NCBI GenBank assembly: GCA_047651235.1
Contig: CP178758.1
Coordinates: forward strand, 1,740,001-1,772,000
Origin: Candidatus Electrothrix yaqonensis
GTDB lineage: Bacteria; Desulfobacterota; Desulfobulbia; Desulfobulbales; Desulfobulbaceae
Length of the DNA: 32,000 nt
Direction of reading: 5' to 3'
Part shown: piece by piece, positions 8,115 to 16,816 of the stretch
How positions within the stretch are numbered: the stretch's first letter is position 1
Layout: every line of letters begins with the position of its first letter
Notes under the pieces: generated by a model
Databases searched by the model: none
Seen by the model: the letters and a program-made list of their open reading frames with translations, nothing else
What the model was told of the DNA's origin: nothing
Made by a program: the position numbers and the translations under genes

Positions 8115-8344
8115 GAGTCAGCATGGTCACTCGGCAAGTATCAGCATGCTGGTAAGCCGGGAGTCAGCATGGTGGTAAGACAGGTACCAGCCTGCTGACT
8201 CGGTCGGAGCCATACTGTTGGTAAGGAGCGAGTCATACTGCTGACTCGGTCGGAGTCATACTGATGGTAAGGAGCGAGTCATACTGATGCAACCGAGAGT
8301 CCCATTAGTATGCGACCGGAAGTTTCATTGGAATGCACGTCCGG
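8115..8344. repeat. Ten contiguous, strictly in-phase 23-bp degenerate direct repeats (non-coding minisatellite-like array)
   Basis: Units start at 8115, 8138, 8161, 8184, 8207, 8230, 8253, 8276, 8299 and 8322. The core is G-x-x-Y-C-A-x6-T-G, with col 1 G, col 5 C, col 6 A and col 13 T in 10/10 units. Units 5+6 and 7+8 form a near-perfect 46-bp tandem (8195-8240 vs 8241-8286, 2 mismatches). Units 9-10 are decayed. Confidence 0.85.
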
Positions 8345-8542
8345 CAGATCTTTACAGATAAAGACGGAAGCACCGGCATTCTGTATCTCGCCTGCACCCG
8401 GTTGACAGCGGATCGGAACACGATCACGGCAATCTATACAAAACGATGGAACGTCGAGGTGTACCATAAATCATTGAAGTCGAACGCAGCATTAGCCAAA
8501 TCTCCTGCATATAACAGGTATTGTCAGAAAAGAAAACGATAA
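8333..8542 (+). pseudogene. Remnant of an IS4-type DDE transposase (internal ~60-aa fragment containing the YREK signature)
   Basis: IYTKRWNVEVYHKSLK fits Y-(2)-R-(3)-E-(6)-K exactly. The upstream GILYLACTRLTADRNTITAIY resembles the region before the catalytic E. No N-terminal DD region is present, a stop lies at 8306 in frame, and the C-terminus ends prematurely. Confidence 0.6.
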
Positions 8543-8549
8543 TACCGAA

Positions 8550-9260
8550 TCAGGCGGCATCGGATATATCGAGTCCGGTCAGTTCCTGAAGCAGAGCAGC
8601 CCAGTCTGCCCAGTGATAAAAAGGAAAGTGCGGAAGGGGGAGGAAGGTGCAGGCCTGTCTTTTCCAGGACCGCTGCTGATTACGGGCCGGGACGATGCGG
8701 TCACGGCCGGTGATGATCCGGTGAGTAAAAATATCCGGCACGTCCTGTTGCTCTCTGCAGGCTGCACGCAGGACAATCAGCTCCTGCCTGAGCTCTTCGT
8801 CAGGGCGTTGCGCTGTACGCAGACCATCCAGAAAACGCTTCACCTCCTGTTTCTGATCAAACATGGAACGATAAAATGCATTCAGCAGGATTGGGGAGAA
8901 ACCGCGAATCATCCAGTCAAAGGCCTGGTTCGGAATCCCGAACTGATCGTGAATTGCCTGACAGGTACCGCCGACAGCAACGGCTGAGGTCAGCAGAGTG
9001 CGGTCCTGTTCGTGCTCCGCCAGCAGCATGGCTGCTGTCCGCACCCCCATAGACCATGCCAGCAGATGCACTCTATGATACGTATTTTCCTGCAGAAAAG
9101 AAACGATATTCCAATCGTCCACAGTGCGGTAATCGTAGACCATCAGGATATCCACCGGCCCGGCAGGAATATCCATAAACGGGTCCGGTGTCATGCCCCA
9201 ACCGGCCATGAACAGAATGCAGTCCTGATGATTTTGTCGATGCAGCCAGCAGGTCTTCAT
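8550..9260 (-). CDS. bioG: DUF452/BioG-type pimeloyl-ACP methyl ester esterase (alpha/beta hydrolase)
   Basis: ILFMAGWGMTPDPF...MVYDYR...VHLLAWSMGV matches the DUF452 pattern with an A-W-S-M-G nucleophile elbow. The start overlaps the bioF stop by 4 nt (9257-9260). Confidence 0.65.
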   Translation of the reverse strand: MKTCWLHRQNHQDCILFMAGWGMTPDPFMDIPAGPVDILMVYDYRTVDDWNIVSFLQENTYHRVHLLAWSMGVRTAAMLLAEHEQDRTLLTSAVAVGGTCQAIHDQFGIPNQAFDWMIRGFSPILLNAFYRSMFDQKQEVKRFLDGLRTAQRPDEELRQELIVLRAACREQQDVPDIFTHRIITGRDRIVPARNQQRSWKRQACTFLPLPHFPFYHWADWAALLQELTGLDISDAA

Positions 9261-10462
9261 ACGGATAGAGCTTGAGCAATGCAGCGGGGCAGGGAATCCA
9301 GCTGTTCCTGTGCCATAGCTGCAGTTACGGAAAGGCGCAGACGGGCTGTGCCGTGAGGAACAGTGGGCGGGCGCACTGCCTGCACCCGGAAGCCCTGTTG
9401 CTGTAGCTGGTCGGCAACCCGGACGGCTTTCCCGTCATCCCCGATAATAACCGGAACGATCTGGCTTTCTCCGCCGGTGGCAAGCCCGGCTTGCCGCAGC
9501 CGGTTCCGCAACCTGTCCGCCAGTGCAGCAAGCTGCCAGCGTTCCGCCGACATCTTCCGAATCATGGGCAGAAGAAAATTCAGCCAATGGATGCTGACCG
9601 GCGGCAAACCGGTGGTGAAGATCAAGGAGCGGGCCGTATTGACCAGGTACTCATATATGATCCGGCTGCAGGCAACAAAGGCCCCCTGCCCTGCCCAGGC
9701 CTTGCCGAAGGTGCCGATCAGCAGCTCAATCCGGTCGATTACCCCCTGCTCCTCAGCCAGACCCAGCCCCTCTTTGCCGCGAACCCCGACAGCATGGGCC
9801 TCATCCACGTACAGGACAGCGCCGTACTCTTCCTTCAGGCGGATAAGGGTCGGCAGGTCCGCACAGTCGCCGTCCATGGAGAAAAGAGATTCGGTCACGA
9901 TAAAAATTGTTTTTTTTCCGTCCGTTGTCTGCCCGGCAGAGTATTTTTCAAGAAGCTGCTCAAGACGGTCATAATCAAGATGCGGATAGCGCAGCACCCT
10001 AGCGCGGGTGAGACGCATCCCGTCGATCAGGCTGGCGTGACAGAGCTTGTCTGCCAGGATCAGATCCCCCTTCTGCGCAAGCGCAGGCAGGATGCCGATG
10101 TTGATCTGGTAACCGGAATTGAACACCAATGCCTTGTCTTTTTTGTACAGCAGAGCAAGCTGTTCCTCCAGCCGATGATACTGGGCATGACTGCCGGTCA
10201 TCAGGCGGGAGGCGCCGCTGCCGAGGCCGTACAGCCCATACAGCTCAAAGCAGGTAGCAGGGGTCAGATCGGCATAAAATTTTCTGAGCAGCTCCCGGCT
10301 CCCGCCTAAGCCGAGATAGTCATTTCCTGCCAGATTCAGATACCGTTTACCTGAGCACTGAATATATCCGTCCGCAAGCTGCACCGGCCTCAGTACACGC
10401 TGCAGACCCTGCCGGTGCAGCTGATCCAACCGTTCCTGCAGATTGTGCTCAAATTGTTCCAC
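9257..10462 (-). CDS. bioF: 8-amino-7-oxononanoate synthase (PLP-dependent)
   Basis: The sequence carries NDYLGL, SGYQINIGILPAL, YVDEAHAVGVRG and the PLP lysine in GTFGKAWA. At 401 aa the length is typical. Confidence 0.88.
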   Translation of the reverse strand: MEQFEHNLQERLDQLHRQGLQRVLRPVQLADGYIQCSGKRYLNLAGNDYLGLGGSRELLRKFYADLTPATCFELYGLYGLGSGASRLMTGSHAQYHRLEEQLALLYKKDKALVFNSGYQINIGILPALAQKGDLILADKLCHASLIDGMRLTRARVLRYPHLDYDRLEQLLEKYSAGQTTDGKKTIFIVTESLFSMDGDCADLPTLIRLKEEYGAVLYVDEAHAVGVRGKEGLGLAEEQGVIDRIELLIGTFGKAWAGQGAFVACSRIIYEYLVNTARSLIFTTGLPPVSIHWLNFLLPMIRKMSAERWQLAALADRLRNRLRQAGLATGGESQIVPVIIGDDGKAVRVADQLQQQGFRVQAVRPPTVPHGTARLRLSVTAAMAQEQLDSLPRCIAQALSV

Positions 10463-10509
10463 AATGGCACCGTTGACTGCTCACAAATAAACCTGAAGAA
10501 TCTGCAAAA

Positions 10510-11520
10510 CTACCGGTCCCTACTCAGAATATACCCGGCGAGCAGCTCCAGAACTGTTAGGCTTTCAGCATGCTGCTCCCTGTCAAAACAGGACAGCGCA
10601 GCCAGCCCCTCCTGGATTGCCTGTTCCGCTCTCTGGCGGGAAAAGGTGAAACTGCCCAGTTTCTGCATAAGCTGCCGGGCATAGTCACAGCCTGCCTTGT
10701 CTCTGGTCCTGCGCTGGATATGCCCAAGCAGTTCCCGGCGATCTGACTCTTCAGCACGGGCAAGGGCGTGAATCAGGGGCAGGGTCATTTTCCCCTCAAT
10801 AAAGTCATTCCCCACCTGCTTGCCCGTGACCTGTTCATCGCCCAGATAGTCCAGCAGGTCATCAGCAATCTGAAAGGCCATGCCGATTTTTTCACCATAG
10901 GTAGCCAGAGCCTTTCTTTTCTCTGCAGAGCCGTTGCCGTACAGGGCGCCTATTTCGCAGGTGGCGCTGATCAGCAGGGCGGTCTTGCGTTGGACAACAG
11001 CAGCATACTGTGCCTCGGTTGCGCCAGGGTCCGCTGTATGGCGGAGCTGGAGAAATTCGCCGTCCACCATAGCCTGAGTGGCGTGACAGACTGTATCCAA
11101 TCCCTGCTGCCCGGCCAAAGTGCCGACAAGGTGCATACAGCGGGCATGGAGCCAGTCCCCGGCAAGGATGGCTGCTGCAGGGCCGTATTTTTGCACCACA
11201 GCCTGTCTGCCGCGCCGGTTTTCCGCGTGATCAATCACGTCGTCGTGAATCAGGGAGCCTGCATGGAGGTATTCAAAGGTGGCGGCCAGCAGATACAGCT
11301 TGGCATCGTCCCGCCCGCAGAGCCGGGAACTGATAATCGCTAGCACAGGCCGCAGCCGTTTGCCGCCTTTGAGCAGGGCGTATTGGAGCACCTCCAGGAG
11401 CAGCGGATCATGATCCGACAGGGCATTCTCCAAGTCCGACCGCATGGCCTCTTCTGTCCGTGCCGCGTTCTGCCGCATGAACTCAAGGAGGAAGGCTGTC
11501 TTATTTTCTTTCTCGTTCAC
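10510..11520 (-). CDS. Polyprenyl diphosphate synthase (trans-IPPS, IspB/HepT-like; chain length not determinable)
   Basis: The first Asp-rich motif is LIHDDVIDHAENRRG and the second is FQIADDLLDY. The ORF is 336 aa. Confidence 0.9.
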   Translation of the reverse strand: MNEKENKTAFLLEFMRQNAARTEEAMRSDLENALSDHDPLLLEVLQYALLKGGKRLRPVLAIISSRLCGRDDAKLYLLAATFEYLHAGSLIHDDVIDHAENRRGRQAVVQKYGPAAAILAGDWLHARCMHLVGTLAGQQGLDTVCHATQAMVDGEFLQLRHTADPGATEAQYAAVVQRKTALLISATCEIGALYGNGSAEKRKALATYGEKIGMAFQIADDLLDYLGDEQVTGKQVGNDFIEGKMTLPLIHALARAEESDRRELLGHIQRRTRDKAGCDYARQLMQKLGSFTFSRQRAEQAIQEGLAALSCFDREQHAESLTVLELLAGYILSRDR

Positions 11521-11598
11521 AACGATTACTTGTTCACTGGCTCATTCATTGGCGTTGGGTACAGGCAGCTGCAGGATATAACAATTTATAGCGCTTCT

Positions 11599-13638
11599 TC
11601 ATCGGGCTTCTCCGTCAGCAAAGAAACGCTGCACCTCCTGCATTTTTCTGCTCACTGGTGACGGCGGCAGACTCGCGAGGAACCGCCGTCCATAGAACTT
11701 GCTGAACAGACGGACATCAAGGATTGCTATCACGCCCCTGTCCTCTGCCCGGCGCATGAGCCGTCCGGCACCCTGACGCAGGGTGAGCACAGCCCTGGGC
11801 AGCTGAAATTCCATAAACGGATTGCCTCCGGCGCTCTTAATTTTATCCATCCGTGCCATAATAACAGGATCGCTGGGGACTTCAAACGGCAATTTGTCCA
11901 TAATGACCAGACTCAGGGAATCGCCGGGGATATCAACGCCTTCCCAGAAGCTGGCCACGGCAAACAGGACGGACTCCTTTTCCTCGGCAAAACGGGTCAG
12001 CAGATGGTAGCGGGAGCCGCTTCCCTGACGCAGCATGGGATAAGGGCTGTCATCCCGCAGGCTGTGCCAGGCCAGTTCCATTGCCCGGAACGAGGTGAAT
12101 AGTACCAAGGCACGGCCACGGGAACAGGTGATCAGCTGCCGAATTTCTTGATGCAGGGCATTGCTGCAGGCCGGGTTATTGGGTTCCGGAAACTCGTCAC
12201 CAGGGACATAGAGTAGAGTGCGCTCCGGGTAATTAAAGGGCGAGGAAAAAGCACAGGTTGCTGTTTCCTCCGGCAGGCCGAGCCGTTTGCTGAAATAACT
12301 GAACCCGGCATCGGTCTGCAGAGTGGCTGAGGCGAACACGCAGTGCTCCACATTGGCAAACAGGGTGGTTCTCAGGTCATCGGCAATATCAACAGGGGTG
12401 GCGGACAGGGTAAGATTTTTTTCCGTCCGTTCAAGCCAGCGGACATACTGCGGCTCCTCCGGGCCGGTTTTCTCTGCCGCCTCTGCTGCATCAGGCGGCT
12501 GGCCGGTAATCTGCTCAAGGCGGCCTGCCAAGTCCAGGCAACGCTGCCGGAAATTTCCCCAGGGTTCATCCTGTCCTGTTGCCCGGTCAAGCTGGTCCGC
12601 CAGGGCGCACAGCCCGGCCAGCAGCGCCTCCTTTGCCTTATCCAGCTCAGGGTTCTCTTCTAAAAGACCGGCAAGGGGAAACCGCCCTTTCTGCATTGGA
12701 AACAGGGCAGCAAAATGCTCGTTCAAGCCGGACAGAGTCCCGGCGGCAGAGAGTATCTTTGCCGTCTGTTTATTTCCCGCCCCTTTCTCCCGCGCACTCT
12801 GATCAATATCAGCAATCAGGTCGATCACCTGATATCTGGAAAACGAAAAACCGAAGAAGTTGCTGGCCACGTTTTCCACATGATGGGCTTCATCAAAGAT
12901 AACCGACTGATACCGGGGAAGCACCTCGCCGAAACCGCTCTTCCGGACGGCAAGATCGGAAAACAGCAGATGATGATTGACCACCAGCAGCTGACAGGAG
13001 GCCGCAGCCCGACGAAGCCGGGTCAGGTAGCAGTTGCCGCCGTCCGGGCATTCGCTGCCGAGACAGAAATGCGGCAGACAGCAGACCTTCTGCCATAAGG
13101 CGGAGTTGCCTGCCAGGCCGGGCAGTTCGGCCCGGTCGGCAAATGCGGTTTTCTTCAGCCAGCTATTGAGGTCATTGAAGCGGACAGGATTTTTTTTCTT
13201 CTTTTGCCCGTCCGCATCAGCACCAGCAAAAATATTCTGCTGGCCGTGCGCGGTCAACTGGTGCCAGCGGTACAGACAAAGATAATTCTGCCGTCCTTTG
13301 ACGCACATCGCGGTCAGATCCGGGGCAATATGCTGCCGGATAAAGGGAATTTCTTTTTGAAGAATCTGATCCTGCAGATGACGGGTATTGGTGGAAACCA
13401 CGACCTTGCGGTCGCTGAGCACGGCAGGGATCAGATAGGCCAGTGTCTTGCCCAGCCCTGTGCCCGCCTCCACGAGCAGGCAATGCGCGCGGGGCTGATC
13501 CTGGTCAGAATCCTCATACCCTCCTTCTTCGGCCAGCAGTGCAGCAACGGCATGCGCCATTTCCTGCTGTCCTTGCCGGACTTCATATTCCGGAAGATTC
13601 GCGGCAAGGATGCCGGAGGCGGTGAAAATATCGTTCAT
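11599..13638 (-). CDS. dinG: DinG/XPD-family ATP-dependent DNA helicase with Fe-S cluster cysteines
   Basis: Walker A is EAGTGLGKTLAYLIP and the DEAH box is FDEAHHVEN. The Cys cluster is VCCLPHFCLGSECPDGGNCY, with C-terminal helicase motifs FTSF and QGAGRLMR. The listed ORF starts at 13677, but the ATG at 13638 forms an ATGA overlap with the upstream stop, so 13638 is preferred. Confidence 0.85.
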   Translation of the reverse strand: MNDIFTASGILAANLPEYEVRQGQQEMAHAVAALLAEEGGYEDSDQDQPRAHCLLVEAGTGLGKTLAYLIPAVLSDRKVVVSTNTRHLQDQILQKEIPFIRQHIAPDLTAMCVKGRQNYLCLYRWHQLTAHGQQNIFAGADADGQKKKKNPVRFNDLNSWLKKTAFADRAELPGLAGNSALWQKVCCLPHFCLGSECPDGGNCYLTRLRRAAASCQLLVVNHHLLFSDLAVRKSGFGEVLPRYQSVIFDEAHHVENVASNFFGFSFSRYQVIDLIADIDQSAREKGAGNKQTAKILSAAGTLSGLNEHFAALFPMQKGRFPLAGLLEENPELDKAKEALLAGLCALADQLDRATGQDEPWGNFRQRCLDLAGRLEQITGQPPDAAEAAEKTGPEEPQYVRWLERTEKNLTLSATPVDIADDLRTTLFANVEHCVFASATLQTDAGFSYFSKRLGLPEETATCAFSSPFNYPERTLLYVPGDEFPEPNNPACSNALHQEIRQLITCSRGRALVLFTSFRAMELAWHSLRDDSPYPMLRQGSGSRYHLLTRFAEEKESVLFAVASFWEGVDIPGDSLSLVIMDKLPFEVPSDPVIMARMDKIKSAGGNPFMEFQLPRAVLTLRQGAGRLMRRAEDRGVIAILDVRLFSKFYGRRFLASLPPSPVSRKMQEVQRFFADGEAR

Positions 13639-14255
13639 GCACCTGCCCGTGCCGGTTCCTGGGCCTCCTCTTTCCATCTGCCGAACATCTTTTTCTCGAC
13701 AATCTCACAGGCCATATGTTCAATCCAGAGATGAACCTCCTGAATGCGGGCAGTGTAATTGGACGGCACATTGAGCACCAGATCGCTGTAGGGAGCCACC
13801 CCGTGTTCCGGGGTAACAGTCCCGCCGGTCAGGGCAACCGTGGTCATCCCGATTTCCCGGGCAGCAGCAAGCGCTTTGACCACATTGGGCGAGGTGCCGG
13901 ACGTGGTGATCCCTATAGCCATATCTTCGGGTTTCCCCAGGGCCTGAACCTGTTTGACAAAAATTACCTCATAGGAAAAATCATTGCCGATGGCGGTCAG
14001 GGTCGAGGAGTCCGTGGTCAGGGCGATGGCTGGCAGGGGGGCTCGGTTGAGCAGAAAGCGGTTGATAAATTCCGCTGCCAGATGCTGGGCATCGGCAGCA
14101 CTGCCGCCGTTGCCGAAAATAAGCAGCTTGCCGCCGTTGTGAAAAACCTCGACGATCCGGTCCGCCAGTGTAATAATTTTGTCTGCAGACTCCTCGACAA
14201 AGGCCTGCTTGGCCGCATTGGACTGCTCCAGACGGGTCAGAATAAATTCATTCAT
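13635..14255 (-). CDS. gmhA: SIS-domain protein of the GmhA/DiaA family (phosphoheptose isomerase or DnaA-initiator-associating type)
   Basis: The sequence carries FGNGGSAADAQHLAAEFINRF, LPAIALTTDSSTLTAIGNDFSYEVIF, GITTSGTSPNVVKAL and ARIQEVH. I cannot separate GmhA from DiaA by eye. Confidence 0.75.
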   Translation of the reverse strand: MNEFILTRLEQSNAAKQAFVEESADKIITLADRIVEVFHNGGKLLIFGNGGSAADAQHLAAEFINRFLLNRAPLPAIALTTDSSTLTAIGNDFSYEVIFVKQVQALGKPEDMAIGITTSGTSPNVVKALAAAREIGMTTVALTGGTVTPEHGVAPYSDLVLNVPSNYTARIQEVHLWIEHMACEIVEKKMFGRWKEEAQEPARAGA

Positions 14256-14366
14256 GCTGTTTGGGCTTGTTTGGGCTATTGTGATGCCGGAAGGGAAAAC
14301 GAAAAGCGCCTCCGCACGGAAGCACGAAAACGCTTTTGGACGAAACGGGGCGTAATTGAGCTGATC

Positions 14367-15041
14367 TCAGGCCAGCTGGCTCAGAAGCTCCTCGGAGATC
14401 TCTTTGATCCCCTTGGATCCATCCACAGAAACCACCTTGACCGCGCCGCTGTTCTTGAAGTAGTTGACCGCAGCCATAGTGCCGGTGTTGTCGTCGTAGT
14501 AGATATCATGACGCTTGCCGATAGCCGTCTCATCCTGGTCGTCATCTCTGGCGCTCAGCTCACCGCCGCAGACCCGGCAGACCAGCTTGCCGTCCTTTTC
14601 CACCGGTTTGATAGCCTCAAAGGCAATGTGGTTGGGATGATTATTGTCGTTGGCGCAGAGCCGGCGCCCCATGATCCGTTCCTTGGCGATCTGGCGGTCC
14701 AGCTGAATCTCGATTACCTCATCCAGAGCCATGCCGGACTCGGTCAGGGCTTTGTCCAGGGCCTCGGCCTGAGCCAGAGAGCGCGGAAAACCGTCCAGCA
14801 GCCAACCCCTTTCCTTGGATTTCTGCAGGGTCTCCAGCACCATAGGGATGGTGATATCATCCGGCACCAAATCACCCTTATCGATATATTCCTTGGCCTT
14901 TTTGCCCAGCTCAGTACCGCCCTTGATATGCTCACGGAAGATAGCGCCGGACTCGATATGATCCAGGCCGTATTTCTCTTTAACAATGGCGCCTTGGGTG
15001 CCCTTGCCGCTGCCGTTCGGTCCGAAGGTAAGAATGTTCAT
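14367..15041 (-). CDS. adk: Adenylate kinase (long-lid type)
   Basis: MNILTFGPNGSGKGTQ is the P-loop. The lid CRVCGGELSARDDD is present and an AAGGAG SD lies 6 nt upstream of the ATG at 15041. The listed ORF start at 15209 is an upstream extension without homology. Confidence 0.95.
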   Translation of the reverse strand: MNILTFGPNGSGKGTQGAIVKEKYGLDHIESGAIFREHIKGGTELGKKAKEYIDKGDLVPDDITIPMVLETLQKSKERGWLLDGFPRSLAQAEALDKALTESGMALDEVIEIQLDRQIAKERIMGRRLCANDNNHPNHIAFEAIKPVEKDGKLVCRVCGGELSARDDDQDETAIGKRHDIYYDDNTGTMAAVNYFKNSGAVKVVSVDGSKGIKEISEELLSQLA

Positions 15042-15352
15042 AGCTGACTCCTTGAAACGTAAACAAAAAAACGAAATAGATAGAAAGAACAGAGCTGTTT
15101 CCTGTTCAGTTGTACACAGTTTTGTACACAGACTACACAGAGGATAACTGGCCGGAAAGCTGTCCCGGTCAGGGGCAATCCGACCCGCTGAGCAACGACT
15201 ATACCGCAACCGACCTGCTTATGCCATGAAAAATATGGCGCATCCTCTGGCAAGCCTTTTGACAACTGCGGCTAAAGAGGGTAAGAAGAGCGAACTTCAT
15301 GCTTTTATGCGGCAGGTAAATATTTTCTAAAATTATCAATAATCATCTTGCT

Positions 15353-16657
15353 ATGAACACAATAAATGTAGGGCTTATCGGCTTCGGCACAGTGGGCAGC
15401 GGTTTGGCCGAAGTGCTGCTTGCCCAGCAGCAGCGGCTTATGCAGCGCAGCGGCCTGGCCATCCGGCTGGCCAAGGTGGCGGATATCTCCACCTCCGAAC
15501 TGCCGTCCCATTTTGCAGAGACCACCCTGGCCAACGATGCCGACGAGCTGATCAACGATCCGGAGATCGATATTATTGTCGAGCTGATCGGGGGGATTGA
15601 GCCTGCCAAAACCTTTGTCATGAACGCCATTGCTGCAGGCAAACATGTGGTAACCGCGAATAAAGCCCTGCTTTCCCAGGAGGGCAAGGAGATCTTTGCC
15701 GCTGCCGCAGCAAAAGGGGTTGAAGTAGGCTTCGAGGCCAGTGTGGGAGGCGGTATCCCGGTGATCAAGGCGCTTAAGGAAGGGCTGGTTGCTAACAACA
15801 TCCTCTCCATCATGGGCATCCTCAACGGCACGGCCAACTATATCCTCACCCGGATGACCGATGAGGGCAGCGCCTTTGCCGAGGTGCTCAAGGACGCCCA
15901 GGACTTAGGCTTTGCCGAGGCCGACCCCACCTATGACGTGGAGGGCATTGACACGGCCCATAAGCTGGCTATCCTGATGACTATGGCCTTCGGCATGAAC
16001 ATTACCCACAACGAGATCGTTACCGAAGGTATCAGCGGCATTGAGCCTGTCGATATCGACTTTGCCCGTGAGTTCGGCTGCCGGATCAAGCTGCTGGCCA
16101 TCAGCCGCAACCACGGCGAGCATGTGGAGGCCAGAGTGCATCCGACGATGGTGCCGGAGTCCCACCTGCTGGCCTCTATCAGCGGGGCCTATAATGCCGT
16201 GCATTTCAACGGTGATATGGTGGGCAACGTTCTGCTCTACGGCCAGGGCGCAGGCAAGATGCCCACCGGCTCGGCTGTTGCTGCCGATGTAATGGACATT
16301 GCCCGTGACATCGCTGCCGATTCCGTGGGCCGGGTGCCCTCGCTCTCCTACCTGCCGGAGAATATCAGGGACCGGGCCATCACCCCGCTGGATCAGCTCG
16401 CCTGCCCCTATTACTTCCGCATCACGGCCTTGGATCAGCCCGGCGTACTGGCAGCGGTATCCAGTATTCTAAGTCAGCATGATATCAGTATCGAGTCCGT
16501 CATCCAGAAGGGTCGCAAGAAGAATGAGCCGGTCTCCATCGTCATGCAGACCCACACCGCCACCGAATCAGCAGTTGCCGCTGCCTTGGCTGAGATCGAT
16601 GCTCTGGAGGCGATTACCGCGCCTACGGTGCGGATAAGAATGCTGAAGGAGGAGTAG
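15353..16657 (+). CDS. hom: Homoserine dehydrogenase with C-terminal ACT domain
   Basis: The NAD-binding motif is VGLIGFGTVGSG. Also present are GILNGTANYILT, EADPTYDVEGIDTAHKL and the C-terminal ACT-like YYFRITALDQPGVLA. Confidence 0.95.
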   Translation: MNTINVGLIGFGTVGSGLAEVLLAQQQRLMQRSGLAIRLAKVADISTSELPSHFAETTLANDADELINDPEIDIIVELIGGIEPAKTFVMNAIAAGKHVVTANKALLSQEGKEIFAAAAAKGVEVGFEASVGGGIPVIKALKEGLVANNILSIMGILNGTANYILTRMTDEGSAFAEVLKDAQDLGFAEADPTYDVEGIDTAHKLAILMTMAFGMNITHNEIVTEGISGIEPVDIDFAREFGCRIKLLAISRNHGEHVEARVHPTMVPESHLLASISGAYNAVHFNGDMVGNVLLYGQGAGKMPTGSAVAADVMDIARDIAADSVGRVPSLSYLPENIRDRAITPLDQLACPYYFRITALDQPGVLAAVSSILSQHDISIESVIQKGRKKNEPVSIVMQTHTATESAVAAALAEIDALEAITAPTVRIRMLKEE

Positions 16658-16816
16658 GGAGCAGGGACACGGCAGACGGACATGAAACAGATACCCGAAA
16701 AAACCCTCTGACGGCCTCTGTTTAAAAAAAACAGGGGCAGGGGAAGGAAAAGAGGCCGGAAAAGGACATTTCCGACCGGAGAGTCATAGAGGTTGACACC
16801 GGATTACGGTCAGATT

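Noticed and set aside
8115-8344. I considered whether the 23-bp array is a CRISPR array.
   Set aside because: The units are contiguous with no spacers, they are degenerate rather than identical, and no cas genes are nearby.
13639-13677. The ORF track offers longer N-terminal extensions: dinG from 13677, adk from 15209, FG-GAP B from 19808, and ROCO from 8111.
   Set aside because: Internal starts have better SD sequences or ATGA coupling. They also give canonical N-termini, namely the P-loop at residue ~7 of Adk and proper signal peptides. The extensions lack homology and overlap upstream genes.
14258-14277. A 10-bp tandem duplication tgtttgggct x2 lies immediately upstream of the gmhA-like ATG.
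   Set aside because: It has only two copies, no evident function and no supporting context. I noted it only as a curiosity.
14295-14337. A possible terminator lies after adk, with a 7-bp stem aaaagcg/cgctttt and a T-rich tail on the minus strand.
   Set aside because: The stem is short and the loop is 22 nt. It would also leave only ~40 nt for a gmhA promoter, so the evidence is too weak to annotate.
16720-16769. Inverted repeats lie between convergent hom and FG-GAP A: cggcctct/agaggccg, plus an inner hairpin cctctgttt-aaaaa-aaacagggg.
   Set aside because: The stems are AT-rich or widely spaced, and no clean U-tract follows on either strand. It is a possible but unconvincing terminator.
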